From positions 6,144,001-6,208,000 of the forward strand of contig OY970303.1 in the NCBI GenBank assembly GCA_963716255.1: a stretch of DNA of 64,000 nt. Reading direction: 5' to 3'. The position numbers and the translations under genes are program-made. The notes under the pieces are model-generated. The model was not told the origin of the DNA. It ran no database searches and worked only from the letters and a program-made list of their open reading frames with translations. Source of the stretch: an uncultured Gemmatimonadales bacterium (lineage in GTDB: Bacteria > Gemmatimonadota > Gemmatimonadetes > Longimicrobiales > Longimicrobiaceae). This document shows positions 19,377 through 32,300 of the stretch, in pieces (within the stretch, counting starts at the first letter, position 1; each line of letters starts with the position of its first letter).

Positions 19377-19889
19377 TCAGGGCGTGCCCACCGCCGAGCC
19401 GGCCGGTGCCGCGTACGTGTAGTTGTACGCCTGCCAGCGCTCCCGCGGGGTGAGGGCGCCGATCCCCGCGCCGATCCCGCCGCCCACCAGCCCCACCCCC
19501 ACCGCGCCGAGCGCCGCCGAGGTGGCGACCCCGGTGGGGAGGTGCTGGGCGAGCAGCGCCCCCGAGATCACCCCCGCGCCGAAGCCCAGGAAAGCCCCCC
19601 AGGTGCTCCCCTTGAAGGCGCGCCGGCCGCGGTTCAGGCCCAGGCTCACGTCGGCGGAGTCCACCAGCGACAGGTGGAGCCAGCGCTCCGCGGCGGGCTC
19701 CGTGGACGCCAGGTGCACCCAGTCCGGGTCCACCAACACCACGGTGCCGCTGATCTTTTCCTGCGAGAGCGCCGGGGCGGCCAGGCGGACGCGGGCGCCG
19801 GGGACGAGCGGCGGGACCTTCTGCTGCGCGGCGAGGCCGCACGGAGCCGCGAGGGCGAGCCCGGCCGCGAGGACGAGTGCGATCTTCAT
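19377..19889 (-). CDS. Hypothetical exported/membrane protein with glycine-zipper-like C-terminus
   Basis: Signal peptide MKIALVLAAGLALA; Gly-rich hydrophobic helices. Confidence 0.65.
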   Translation of the reverse strand: MKIALVLAAGLALAAPCGLAAQQKVPPLVPGARVRLAAPALSQEKISGTVVLVDPDWVHLASTEPAAERWLHLSLVDSADVSLGLNRGRRAFKGSTWGAFLGFGAGVISGALLAQHLPTGVATSAALGAVGVGLVGGGIGAGIGALTPRERWQAYNYTYAAPAGSAVGTP

Positions 19890-20112
19890 GGTTCTACGGG
19901 GTTGGGAAACGCGGGACCGCGGAGGGGCGGGGACGGCGGACACACCGGCTGCGACCCGCCGCCGGGGCGAGCAGGTCCAATCTACCGGCGCCGGCCGAGG
20001 AGTCAATGCCGGGCCGCGTGTTGCAAACACATGAGGTCGCCGGTAGCTTGCCTGGCGGACGCGCCGTGCCGGCCGCGTCCCGAGACCCGTTCCAGTGCCC
20101 GACAGGAGCCCC

Positions 20113-21008
20113 ATGGCCGACAGCGCGATTGCCTCGATCCTCGCCACCCACTCCGCCGAGATCCTCGACGACTGGGTCGGCCGGCAGCAGCAGGGAGCCA
20201 CCTTTCGCTCGGACCTGATGTCCGCGGGCGAGCTGCGCCAGCAGTCCGACGACTTCCTGCGGCGGTTCCGGGCGGCCGCGGAGCGCGGCGGCGCGGACGA
20301 CGTGGAGGGCGCGGCGTGGGAGCCGGTGCGGGACATGCTGTCCACGCTCTCACGGGCGCGGGCCATGCAGGGCTTCTCCCCCACCGAGACCGCCACCTTC
20401 ATCCTGTCCTTCAAGCAGCCCCTCTTCACGCGGCTGCGCGACGAGATGGCGGGCGACCCGGCGCGGCTGGCCGAGGAGACCTGGCGGGCGACCCGGCGCG
20501 GCTGGCCGAGGAGACCTGGCGCGCCACCGTCCTGCTGGACGGCCTGGCGCTGTTCACCACCGAGACCTTCCTCGCCAGCCGCGAGGACGTGATCCGCCGG
20601 CAGCAGCAGGAGCTGCTGGAGCTCTCCACCCCGGTGGTCAAGATCTGGGACGGGATCGTCGCGGTGCCGCTCATTGGGACGCTGGACAGCGCCCGCACCC
20701 AGATCGTGATGGAGAACCTGCTGGAGCACATCGTGCGGTTGTCGGCGAGCGTCGCCATCATCGACATCACCGGTGTCCCCACGGTGGACACGCTGGTGGC
20801 CCAGCACCTCATCAAGACGGTGTCGGCGGCGCGGCTGATGGGCGCCGAGTGCATCATCAGCGGCATCCGCCCGCAGATCGCGCAGACCATCGTGCACCTG
20901 GGGATCACCCTGGAGGACGTCTATACCAAGGCCACGCTGGCCGACGCCATCACCCTCGCGCTCAAGCAGACCGGGTACGGCATCACGCGCATCGCTCCGC
21001 GCGCCTGA
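20113..21008 (+). pseudogene. rsbR: Stressosome RsbR (N-terminal sensor + STAS), frameshifted by a 35-bp tandem duplication
   Basis: ELSTPVV, PLIGTLDSART, DITGVPTVDT, SGIRPQIAQT; removing one 35-bp copy joins both halves in frame. Confidence 0.88.
20447..20521 (+). repeat. Exact 35-bp tandem duplication
   Basis: TGGCGGGCGACCCGGCGCGGCTGGCCGAGGAGACC twice, followed by TGGCG. Confidence 0.95.
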
Positions 21009-21011
21009 GCC

Positions 21012-21407
21012 ATGGACCGCATCCCGATCCTCAAGCTGGGGCGGCTGCTCCTGGTCACGATCCAGGTGGACATGCACGACCGCCTGGCGCTGGCGCTGCA
21101 GGACGACCTGACCGAGAAGATCGCCGGGACCGGCGCCCGCGGAGTGCTCATCGACATCTCCGCGCTGGAGATGGTGGACTCCTTCATCGGGCGGGTGCTC
21201 GCCAACATCGCCGCCATGTCGCGGGTGCTGGACGCGGAAACGGTGGTGGTGGGGATGCAGCCTGCGGTCGCCATCACGCTGGTGGAGCTCGGGCTTTCCC
21301 TCCCCGGCGTCCGCACCGCGCTGGACGTGGAGCGCGGCATGCAGCTCCTGAGGGTGTCCTTCGACGAGGGCCTGGACGGAGCGGGGGATGGCGGTAGAGA
21401 AGGGTGA
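21012..21407 (+). CDS. rsbS: Stressosome RsbS (STAS)
   Basis: [33 protein letters not shown]. Confidence 0.93.
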   Translation: MDRIPILKLGRLLLVTIQVDMHDRLALALQDDLTEKIAGTGARGVLIDISALEMVDSFIGRVLANIAAMSRVLDAETVVVGMQPAVAITLVELGLSLPGVRTALDVERGMQLLRVSFDEGLDGAGDGGREG

Positions 21408-21792
21408 CACGCGCCCCATCCGCACCGAGGGCGACGTGGTCGCCGCGAGGCAGGCGGTCCGGGGCTGGGCGGTGGAAGCGGGCTTCTCCCTCATCGACCA
21501 GACCAAGCTGGTGACCGCGGCCAGCGAGCTGGCCCGCAACACCCTGGTCCACGGCGGCGGAGGGGCCATGCGCATGGAGCTGCTGAGCCAGGGCGGCCGG
21601 CGGGGGATCCGCCTGGTGTTCGAGGACCAGGGCCCCGGCATCCCCGACGTGGAGCAGGCGCTCCGCGACGGCTTCACCACCGCGTCCGGGATGGGGCTGG
21701 GGCTGGGGGGCTCGCGCCGCCTGGTGAACGAATTCGACATCGCGACGGAGACGGGGCAGGGAACCCGGGTGACGGTGATCAAGTGGAAGTGA
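21388..21792 (+). CDS. rsbT: RsbT serine/threonine kinase
   Basis: [26 protein letters not shown]. Confidence 0.93.
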   Translation: MAVEKGDTRPIRTEGDVVAARQAVRGWAVEAGFSLIDQTKLVTAASELARNTLVHGGGGAMRMELLSQGGRRGIRLVFEDQGPGIPDVEQALRDGFTTASGMGLGLGGSRRLVNEFDIATETGQGTRVTVIKWK

Positions 21793-22823
21793 GCCGGACG
21801 CTGTACCTGCCGGTCACCGAGTCCAGCGAGGCCGGGGAGGCCCGCCGCCGGGTCCAGTACCTGGCCGCGTCGCTCGGGATGGACGACACCGACGCGGGGC
21901 GCGCCGCGCTGGTCGTCACCGAGCTGGCCGGCAACCTGGTCAAGCACGCGGAGCGCGGCGGGCACCTCCTGGCGCAGCCCGCGCAGTGGAGCGGGGGAAA
22001 GGGGGTGGAGATCCTGTCGCTGGACGCCGGCCCCGGCATGGCCAACGTCGCCCGCTGCCTGCGCGACGGCTTCTCCACCGCGGGAAGCCCGGGCACCGGG
22101 ATGGGCGCGGTGTCCCGCATGGCCGACGAGTTCGACGTCCACTCCGCCATGGGCGTGGGCACGACCCTCGTGGCGCGCGTGTGGGCGGGGGGGCGCAGGG
22201 ACTCCCCCGCGTCCGGCCCGGCGCTCGCGGGGATCTCCCTCCCCAAGCCGGGGCAGGAGGTGTGCGGCGACGCGTGGGCGGCCTCCGAGCGCGACGGGCG
22301 CACGGTGGTGCTGGTGGCGGACGGGCTGGGCCACGGGCCGGCCGCGGCGTCCGCCTCGCGCGAGGCGGTGCGCGTCTTCGCGTCCGCGCCGGGCTCCGAC
22401 CCGGTGGAGCTGCTGGAGCGGGTGCACGCCGGCCTGCGCAGCACCCGGGGCGCCGCCGCGGCGGTGGCCGTGGTGGACCGCGCCGCGCGGAGCGTGCGCT
22501 TCGCCGGGGTGGGGAACATCGCCGCGACCGTCCTGGCCGGCGGCGAATCGCGCAGCATGGTCTCGCTGGGGGGGATCGTGGGGCACGAGGCGCGCCGCAT
22601 CCAGGCGTTCGACTACCCCTTTCCCGCCGGCGCCCTGCTGGTGCTCCACTCCGACGGGCTGGGGAGCCGCTGGACGCTGGACCGCTACCCCGGGCTGGCG
22701 GCGCGCGACCCGCTGGTGGTCGCCGGGGTCCTCTTCCGCGACTTCGCCCGCGGCAGCGACGACGCCACCGTGGTCGCGGTGCGCGACACGCCCGCCGCCC
22801 AGTCGCTGGCCGGGTCGGCGTGA
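21789..22823 (+). CDS. HATPase + SpoIIE/PP2C phosphatase fusion (RsbX-like)
   Basis: TELAGNLVKHA, DAGPG; CGD, VADGLGHG, HSDGL, DDAT. Confidence 0.88.
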   Translation: MSRTLYLPVTESSEAGEARRRVQYLAASLGMDDTDAGRAALVVTELAGNLVKHAERGGHLLAQPAQWSGGKGVEILSLDAGPGMANVARCLRDGFSTAGSPGTGMGAVSRMADEFDVHSAMGVGTTLVARVWAGGRRDSPASGPALAGISLPKPGQEVCGDAWAASERDGRTVVLVADGLGHGPAAASASREAVRVFASAPGSDPVELLERVHAGLRSTRGAAAAVAVVDRAARSVRFAGVGNIAATVLAGGESRSMVSLGGIVGHEARRIQAFDYPFPAGALLVLHSDGLGSRWTLDRYPGLAARDPLVVAGVLFRDFARGSDDATVVAVRDTPAAQSLAGSA

Positions 22824-24213
22824 GCGCCCTCCTGCTCACCCAGCCCGTCCGGCAGGAGCAGGACGTGGTGGCCGCGCGCCAGCGCGCCCGCCAGGCCGCC
22901 GAGCTGCTGGGATTCGACGCGCAGCAGCAGACGCGAATCGCCACCGCCGTCTCCGAGATCGCCCGCAACGCCTTCCGCTACGCCGGCGGCGGGTGGATGG
23001 AGGTGTGGGTGGAGGGCGCCCCCCCGCGCCAGTCGATGCGCGTCCGCGTGCGCGACCAGGGCCCCGGGATCGCCGACGTGGACGCGGTGCTGGAGGGGCG
23101 CTACCGCTCCGCCACGGGCATGGGCATGGGGATCGCGGGGACGCGCCGGCTGATGGACCACTTTCACCTGGAAACGGGCCCCGGCGGGACCACGGTGGAG
23201 TTCGGGCGGGCGCTCCCCGCGGCGCGGGGGGCGGTGGGGGAGGCCGAGCTGGCGCGCATCGCCGACGAACTGGCGCGGCGGCGGCCGGGCTCGCCCTTCG
23301 ACGAGATCCAGAGGCAGAACCAGGAGCTCCTCCAGGCGCTGGACGAGCTGCGCGCCCGCGAGCACGACCTGCTCCGCCTGAACCAGGAGCTGGAGGACAC
23401 CAACCGCGGCGTGGTGGCGCTGTACGCCGAGCTGGACGAGAGCGTGGCGCAGCTGCGGCGCACCAGCGCCCAGCGGGCGCAGTTCCTGTCCTACATGAGT
23501 CACGAGTTCCGCACCCCCCTGGACTCCATGATCGCCCTGACCGGGCTGCTGCTGGCGCGGGTGGACGGCGACCTCACCTCCGAGCAGGAGAAGCAGGTGG
23601 GCTACGTGCAGCGCTCCGCGCGCGACCTCCTCAACCTGGTGGACGACCTGCTGGACACCGCCCGGGTGGAGGCGGGGCAGGTGACCGTCCGCCCCGCGCC
23701 CTTTTCCGTGGCGGAGATGTTCCGCGCGCTCCAGGCCACGCTGCGCCCCCTGCGCACGCGCGAGCAGGTGGCGCTGGTGTTCCGGGCGGATCCGGCGGTG
23801 CCCGAGCTGGACACCGACGAGTCCAAGGTGTCGCAGGTCCTGCGCAACCTGGTTTCCAACGCGCTCAAGTTCACCGAGCGCGGCGAGGTGCGGGTCGCCG
23901 CCCGCCCCGCCGGGGGCGGCCGGGTCGAGTTCCGGGTGTCCGACACCGGGATGGGGATCCCCGAGGGCGACCTGGAGCGCATCTTCGAGGACTTCGCCCA
24001 GGTGGAGAGCTCGGTGCAGCGCAGGGTCAAGGGGACCGGGCTGGGGCTCCCGCTCTCCCGCAAGCTGGCCGGCCTCCTGGGCGGCACCCTGTCCGTGTCC
24101 AGCACCCCCGGCGAGGGTTCCGTGTTCACCCTGGTCGTACCCGCGACGTACCCGGGCGCGGCCGGCGGGGCGGAGGAGCCCTGCGGCGCACCGCAGCACG
24201 AAGAGAGCGTGAG

Positions 24214-24217
<4 letters not shown>
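22820..24217 (+). CDS. Histidine kinase with N-terminal RsbT-like domain
   Basis: SEIARNA/DQGPGI N-terminal domain; SHEFRTPL, NLVSNALKFT, DTGMGI, GTGLGL. Confidence 0.92.
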
Positions 24218-25863
<1,646 letters not shown>

Positions 25864-25895
25864 TTCGACTTGAACTGCTTTTTGACGGCGGATTT

Positions 25896-26028
25896 GGGCG
25901 TGCCCCCGGCGGGTGCCGGGGTCGGGCTTCGGCTCCGTAAGCGAGCAAACTACGCTCGCTAACGGAGTCGAGACCCGGCAGAAACAGCCCCGCCGGGTCT
26001 CGCCCCTTCGGGCCGAAATCCCTCACGC
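25896..26028 (-). repeat. Dispersed ~130-nt structured intergenic element, copy 2
   Basis: Reverse complement of the shared core. Confidence 0.95.
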
Positions 26029-26056
26029 GGGGCTGGTGCTTGCGTCCGCAGGTTCG

Positions 26057-26108
26057 GGCCCCCTCACCCCCCGGCCCCCTCTCCCCCGCAAGCGGGGGAA
26101 AGGGGGAG
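26057..26108. repeat. REP-like palindrome
   Basis: CCCCCTCTCCCCCGC-AA-GCGGGGGAAAGGGGG; related to 42635-42688. Confidence 0.7.
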
Positions 26109-26251
26109 GACGGCAGGAAGGTCGCCGGGAGGGTGTGGGAGGTGCTCGGAGGAAAGAGTTGGGGGTGTGGCCGGGGTAGAGCGGCATTAACTCTTTCCGG
26201 AGAGCACCCCCGCGCCCGACCCCACGCGCGGGACTCGAAGATCCGCGGTTG

Positions 26252-26291
26252 AAAAGTCGCCCCCGCCGGGAAATCCCGGCGGGGGCGCTTT
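26252..26291 (-). terminator. Intrinsic terminator after the feo operon, possibly bidirectional
   Basis: CGCCCCCGCCGGGA-AA-TCCCGGCGGGGGCG flanked by AAAA and TTT. Confidence 0.75.
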
Positions 26292-26326
26292 CGCTGTATC
26301 TGGTACTTCGCACTCCCGCACCTCGG

Positions 26327-26482
26327 TCATTCGTGCGAGCAGCCGCACCCTCCGGCGCAGCCGCCGTCCCGGCCGCCGCGGCGCATCGCGCCGACGGTCG
26401 CCAGCACGCGGCGGCCCAGGTACAGCGCGGCGCCGGCGAAGATGCCGGCCACGGCGAGCGTCTGCATGATCTGCGCGTCCAT
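26327..26482 (-). CDS. FeoB-associated Cys-rich membrane protein
   Basis: TM segment then GGCAGGCGC; RBS AGGAGA; directly after feoB. Confidence 0.8.
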   Translation of the reverse strand: MDAQIMQTLAVAGIFAGAALYLGRRVLATVGAMRRGGRDGGCAGGCGCSHE

Positions 26483-26496
26483 GATGTCTCTCCTCT

Positions 26497-28677
26497 TCAG
26501 ACGCCCCAGCCCAGGGCGAGCCCCACCCGGTACACCAGGAAGGCGGCGCCGTAGGCCAGGGCGAGCATGTAGCCGAACTGGAAGGAGGCCCACTTCAGGC
26601 CCACGCGGCCGCCACCCGTCTCGCGGTGCACCACCGCGACCGTGCTCGCGCACATCAGCGCGTACACGTAGAACACCATCAGCCCCACCGCGACCAGCGG
26701 CGAGTACACCGGCATCCCCGTGTCCGGACGGCGCTCGGCGAGGAGCCGGTCGCGCAGCGCCACGGACGTCTCGTCGGCGCCGCTCCCCACCCCGTAGATG
26801 GTGCCCATGGTGGAAACGAACACCTCGCGCGCCGCGAACGAGCTGACGATGGACACGCCGATCTTCCAGTCGTACCCCAGCGGGCGAACCGTGGGCTCGA
26901 TCGCGTGCCCGATGCGGCCCAGGATGGAGCGCTCCAGCTGCTGCTCCTGCGCCGCCTCGCCCGAGAGGCCGGGAGCGGGCTGCGTCTTGGGGTAGGTGGC
27001 CAGCGCCCACAGCACGATGGAGATGGCCAGGATCACCGTCCCGGCGCGCCGCAGGAACATGCTCGCCCGGTGCCACACCGTGGTCAGCAGCACCCGCAGG
27101 CGGGGGAGGCGGTAGGGGGGCAGCTCCATGATCAGGGGGCGCACCTGGCCGCGCAGCAGCGAGCGCTTGAAGACGGCCGCCACGGCGAGCGCGCTCAGCG
27201 TTCCCAGCAGGTACATCGCCAGCAGGGTGACGCCCTGCAGGTTGAAGATCCCCGCCACCACCACCGGGGGGATGAAGGAGCCGATGAGGAGCGTGTACAC
27301 CGGGATCCGCGCCGAGCAGCTCATCAGCGGGAGCACCATGATGGTGGCCAGCCGGTCCTCGCGGTTCTCGATGGTGCGGGTGGACATCACCCCGGGCACC
27401 GCGCAGGCGTAGCCCGAGAGAAGCGGGATGAAGCTGCGGCCGTGCAGCCCCACGCCGCGCATGAAGCGGTCCATGATGAAGGCCGCCCGCGCCATGTACC
27501 CCGTGTCCTCCAGGAACCCCAGGAAGAGGAAGAGGATCACGATCTGCGGGAGGAACACCAGCACCGACCCCACCCCGGCGATCACCCCGTCCACCACCAT
27601 GCTGCGCAGGTCGCCCTCGGGGAGGAGCGTGCCCACCGCCGCGCCGAGCGAGGCGAAGCCTCCCTCGATCACCCCCATCAGCGGCTCCGCCCAGGCGAAG
27701 ATGGACTGGAACACCAGCGCCATCAGCGCCAGGAAGAGCACCGGGCCCCAGAAGCGGTGCAGCGCCACCGCGTCGATGCGGTCCGTCAGCGACTTGCCGC
27801 GCTCCCCCTCGCGCTTCACGGCCTGCTCCACCACCTCCGCGATCCAGCCGTAGCGCGCTTCCGCCTCCAGGCTGCGTGCGTGTACCCCGGCCTCCGCCAG
27901 CCGCGCCTCCGCCCCGGCCACCGCCTCGTGCAGCCCCGGAACGTCCGCCAGGTGGTCCTCCGCGCGGGGCACCGCGAGCAGCCGCAGCGCCTCCATCCCC
28001 GCCGCGCCGTGCGAGAACCCCGCCGCCTCCATGCACGTCTCCACCGGCGCCAGCGCCTCGCGTACCTCCTCCGGCAGCGCAAACTGGCGGGCGGGGCGGG
28101 GGAGTCCCCGGGCGCCGCGTACGGCGCGCTTCAGCACGTCCAGCCCCTCGCCGCGCGTCGCCACCGTGGGGATCACCGGCGCGCCCAGAAGGAGCGTCAA
28201 TTCCACCGCGTCGATGCGGATGCCCGCCGCCTCGGCGGCGTCCACCTGGTTCAGAGCCACCACCGTGGGGAGCCCCAGCTCCAGCACCTGGCTGGCCAGG
28301 AACAGGTTGCGCTCCAGGTTCTGCGCGTCCAGCACCACCACCACCGCCTCCGGCGCGGGGACGCCCGCCACCCGGCCCAGGAGCACGCCCAGCGCGATCT
28401 CCTCGTCCGGCGAGCTCGCCGACAGCGAGTACGTCCCCGGCAGGTCGATGACGGTGACCGTGCGGTCCGGCCCGTCGGCGTACCGCCCCTCCACGCGCTC
28501 CACCGTCACCCCGGAGTAGTTGCCCACGCGCTGCCGCATCCCGGTCAGCGCGTTGAACAGGGTGCTCTTGCCGGTGTTTGGGTTGCCGATCAGGGCCACA
28601 CGCGACACACCCTCGCCGCGCGCTGCGGGCGAGGGTGCCGGGGGGGCCGGGAGCTTTCCGGCGTCCAGAACTTCCAT
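26497..28677 (-). CDS. feoB: Ferrous iron transporter B
   Basis: GNPNTGKS, VGNYSGVTVE, DLPG, LEDTGYMAR, MSCSARIPVY, ELPPY. Confidence 0.97.
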   Translation of the reverse strand: MEVLDAGKLPAPPAPSPAARGEGVSRVALIGNPNTGKSTLFNALTGMRQRVGNYSGVTVERVEGRYADGPDRTVTVIDLPGTYSLSASSPDEEIALGVLLGRVAGVPAPEAVVVVLDAQNLERNLFLASQVLELGLPTVVALNQVDAAEAAGIRIDAVELTLLLGAPVIPTVATRGEGLDVLKRAVRGARGLPRPARQFALPEEVREALAPVETCMEAAGFSHGAAGMEALRLLAVPRAEDHLADVPGLHEAVAGAEARLAEAGVHARSLEAEARYGWIAEVVEQAVKREGERGKSLTDRIDAVALHRFWGPVLFLALMALVFQSIFAWAEPLMGVIEGGFASLGAAVGTLLPEGDLRSMVVDGVIAGVGSVLVFLPQIVILFLFLGFLEDTGYMARAAFIMDRFMRGVGLHGRSFIPLLSGYACAVPGVMSTRTIENREDRLATIMVLPLMSCSARIPVYTLLIGSFIPPVVVAGIFNLQGVTLLAMYLLGTLSALAVAAVFKRSLLRGQVRPLIMELPPYRLPRLRVLLTTVWHRASMFLRRAGTVILAISIVLWALATYPKTQPAPGLSGEAAQEQQLERSILGRIGHAIEPTVRPLGYDWKIGVSIVSSFAAREVFVSTMGTIYGVGSGADETSVALRDRLLAERRPDTGMPVYSPLVAVGLMVFYVYALMCASTVAVVHRETGGGRVGLKWASFQFGYMLALAYGAAFLVYRVGLALGWGV

Positions 28678-28681
28678 CTAT

Positions 28682-28903
28682 CTATTCCACCGTGATGTGC
28701 TCTGCCTCGGCGCGCCGCAGGGTGAGCATGTACCCCCGGAGCCTCACCTCCATGGGGTCGCCCAGCGGCGCGGTGCGGATCACCTCCAGCGTGGTGCCGC
28801 GGATCAGCCCCAGGTCCATCAGTCGCCGGACCGCGTCCGCGTCGCCCCCCACGCCAACCACCCGTCCCCGGTCCCCCGGTCCCAGCTCCGCCAGCGTGCG
28901 CAA
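28682..28903 (-). CDS. feoA: FeoA family protein
   Basis: RRLMDLGL..G, APLGDP, LRRAEA. Confidence 0.93.
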   Translation of the reverse strand: MRTLAELGPGDRGRVVGVGGDADAVRRLMDLGLIRGTTLEVIRTAPLGDPMEVRLRGYMLTLRRAEAEHITVE

Positions 28904-28904
28904 C

Positions 28905-29186
28905 TCAGGACCCCAGCGGCAGCACCCGGATGGCGGAGGCCAGCCCGTCGCCCAGCGCCAGCCGCGAGCCGCGCACGTCCAGCAGCATCCCGTTGCGCGA
29001 GTCCACCACGGTGACGCAGCTCCCCTCGAAGAGCCCCAGGCTGCGCAGCCGGCTCGCCTCCCCGCTCTCGCACTCCATCCCCAGCACCGCGGCGCGGCAT
29101 CCCGTGGCGCACGCGCCCAGCGCGCACTCGCGGGGCGGCGACTCTGCTTCCTTGCGCCCGACGAGGACGCGGAGCTGCTTGAGCAT
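28905..29186 (-). CDS. feoA: FeoA family protein (second)
   Basis: RLRSLGLFEG, VRGSRLALG; first gene of the feo operon. Confidence 0.85.
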   Translation of the reverse strand: MLKQLRVLVGRKEAESPPRECALGACATGCRAAVLGMECESGEASRLRSLGLFEGSCVTVVDSRNGMLLDVRGSRLALGDGLASAIRVLPLGS

Positions 29187-29212
29187 CGAGCGTGCGGAGA
29201 TGGGGAACAAGC

Positions 29213-29266
29213 TGAGAATGAGTTTCAACCGGACCCAAGTATAGGCCGTGTCCCGTGGCCGCGCAA
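29213..29266 (-). promoter_or_regulatory. feo promoter with Fur-box-like operator
   Basis: Minus strand TTGCGC-N17-TATACT (29266-29238); TGAGAAT-G-AGTTTCA (29213-29227) matches 7-1-7 TGATAATnATTATCA with 3 mismatches. Confidence 0.65.
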
Positions 29267-29360
29267 GGCGCGCGGGGACGGGGTTGCCCGGGACGGCGCG
29301 GAGCCCGTACGATTGGGCTCGCCCGCGCCCCGCGTCCATTTTCCCGGCTCCGCGCTCCCC

Positions 29361-32300
29361 ATGCAGCACCCCCGCCCGCCGATGCGGCTGACCGGCTCGC
29401 TGGTCGCCCAGTTCTTCCGTTTCCGCTGCGAGCGCCAGCTCCGCTACGAGCTGGTCCCCGAGGGGGAGCGGGACGGCGTGGAGATCCCCCGCGCCAACGC
29501 GGACCCGGCGGCGGGCCCCCTCGTCGGCATCCGCCCGGGCTCGGAGGTCCTGCTGCGGGCCGGGCGGCGCTGGGAGCGGCGCAAGGTGCAGGAGCTGCTG
29601 CGCCGCTTCGGCGAGGAGCGCGTCCGACTGCGCGGCTGGACCACGGCGGGCGACCCGCTGCGCATGCCCTACCCCGAAGTAGCGGCCGCGCTCCGGGATC
29701 CGGGGCCTACGGAGTGGCTGGTGCAGCCGGAGCTGCGCCTCCCCGACCCGGAGGGCTTCGCGCGCCGCTGGGGGATCGACCCCGCGCTCGTCCGCATCGC
29801 CCCCGCGCAGCCCGACCTGGTCCGCATCCGCCGCCTGCCGGGCGGCCGGCTCCGCTTCCACGTGGTGGACATCAAGGCGAGCCGCGAGGCCGCCGTGTCG
29901 CACTTCGCCCAGGTGGCCTACTACGTCCTGGTGCTGGAGGAGGTGTGCCGCGCGGAGGGGATCGCGGGCGCTCCCGACCGCCGCCGCGGCTCCGTCTGGT
30001 CGCGGGGGACGCGCGGGCCGCGCAGCTTTCCGCTGGGCGCGTACCTGTACCACGTGGAGGAGTTCCTGCGCGGCGACCTGCCCCGTGTGGCCGCACGTTC
30101 GCCCGCCGAAGCCGCCTGGCACCTCAGTCCCGACTCCGCCGGGTGCGCGTACTTCGCCCACTGCCGCGCCGAGGCCGAGCGGGTCGACGACCTGGCGCGC
30201 GTCCCCGGGATCACCCCGCTCGCCCGGACGACGCTGCGCGACCGTGGGATTCGCACCGTCCGCGAGCTGGCGAAGAGCCTCCGCCGCGACACCTACACCG
30301 GGTGCCACGCCCTGGAGTCCGACGCCGTCCGGCTCAAGCAGCGCGCCCAGGCGCTCCAGTTCGGCAAGATCTTCGACGTGGAGAAGGAGACGCACCTGAT
30401 GGGCCCGGCCGAGGGGACCCGGCTGGTGCTGGCGGCGGACGAGGACCCGGTGACGGGGACCTGCTTCGCGCTGGGGGTGCGCGTGGTGGAAGGGGGGAGG
30501 GCCGCGTCGCGCGTCTTCCTGTCGGGCGCGGGGACGCGCGCGGGCGAGCGCGCGCTGCTCCTGGAGTTCCTGGCGCACCTGGACCGGGTCGCCGCCGGGA
30601 TCGCGCCCGCGGAGCCGCGCGGCCTGAACGCGCGGGGGCGGGGATCGGCGGAGGGGACGCTGCACTTCTTCGTCTACGACCGCGCGGAGCTGGCGACGCT
30701 GCGCGGCGTGCTGGAGCGCCACCTGGGCGACCCGGAGGCGCAGCCCGCCATCGCGCGCGCGCTCGCCGTCCTCTTCCCCATGGACGAGGCGTCCGGCTCG
30801 CGCCCCCTGCGCGGCTCCCCCGGCACCGTCCTGTGCGACGCCGCGTCGGCGCTCTTCGCCCTCCCCGTCCCCTACACCTACGACCTGGGCCCCGTCTCCG
30901 CGGTGCTCCTCCCGGAGGACGGCGGGCATCCCTACGCCCCGCCCGCGGGGTACGGCCGCCCCTTTTCGGGCCAGGTGGCGTTCGAGCGCGCGCACGAGGC
31001 CTGGCGGAAGGGGCCGCCGCGCCCCGGCCGCCCCTCCGCCGACGAGGCGCGCGCCGGAATCCGCACCGCCGTGGAGTCGCGCCTTGCCGCGGTGGACTCC
31101 GTGGTGCGCGCGGTGCGGGAGCGCGCCGAGCGGCGGGGCGGGAGCCGGCTGCGGCTGGAGGCGGAGCCCTTCGCGGGCGGCGAGGGCGCACGGCCCATCG
31201 ACCACTCGCTGCTGGAGGCGCTGCGCACCTTCACCCGCGCCGAGGCCGCCGCCGAAGCGGTGCAGGTACGCGCGCTGCACGCGCAGCCCGCCGCGGACCG
31301 CGCCCGCCGCTTCGAGTGCATCCGCGGGATGGAGCTGGCGGAGCGCCGCGAGGACGGGAGCCTCGTCTTCGAGTTCGACCCGGAGTGCCGCGACGCCAAG
31401 TTCAAGCCGGGCGACTTCACCCTGGTCCTCACCAACGAGGACACCGACACGCTCCTGGAGTCCGACCGCAGGCCCTGGCTGCGCCGGCAGCTCGCCATGG
31501 AGCTGGTGGAGTACGACCTGTCCGTGGCTCCCCCGCGCGTGGTCCTCGCCCCCGGCGACCGGCGCGGCTTCGAAAAGGCGGAGGCGGCGGGGGCCATCCA
31601 CCTGGACCGGCGCTGCGTGCTGGACCGCGCGCCGAGCGACTTCAACACCCGCCGCATCCTCGCCACCCTGCGCGCCCTCGCCGCCGGGGAAGGCGAGGCC
31701 GCCGCGGTGCTCGGGCTGCTGGAGGGCCGAGCACCGGCGGGCTGGTCGCCTCCCCCCGCAGACGTGGAGGCGGTCCGGCGCGCCGTACTCGCCCCCGCGG
31801 AGGCCGCGTACGGGCGCCCCGTCCTCAACCCGGACCAGGACCTCGCCTGGGAGGCGGCGTTCGGGCGGGCCGTGTCGCTGGTGTGGGGCCCCCCGGGAAC
31901 CGGCAAGACCTACCTGCTCGCCTGGATGCTGGTGGGGCTCGCCGCGGCCGCGCGGCGGGCCGGGCGCCCCTGCCGCATCCTGGTCTCCTCGGCCACGCAC
32001 CGGGCGATCGTCAACGTGCTGGTGCGGGTGGCGCGGGAGCTCGCCGCCACCGGCATCCCCGGCCCGCTGCGCGCGGTCAAGCTCCGGGGGAGCGGGAGCG
32101 AGGCGGACGCGGAGCTGGAGGGCACCTCCGTGGAGCTGGTGGAGGACGCGCGGCTGGAGGCGCTGCTCGCCGAGGCGGAGGAGGGCGGGGAACCGCTGGT
32201 CGTCGGCTCCACGGTGTGGTCGCTGTGGAAGCGGATGCGCGAGGCCCGCTCCCCCGAGGCGCCGGTGGCGTCCTGGTTCGACGTGGTGGTGATCGACGAG

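Noticed and set aside
29361..30200. Cas4-like nuclease as evidence of CRISPR-Cas
   Set aside because: It is fused to an SF1 helicase, with no other cas genes or array.
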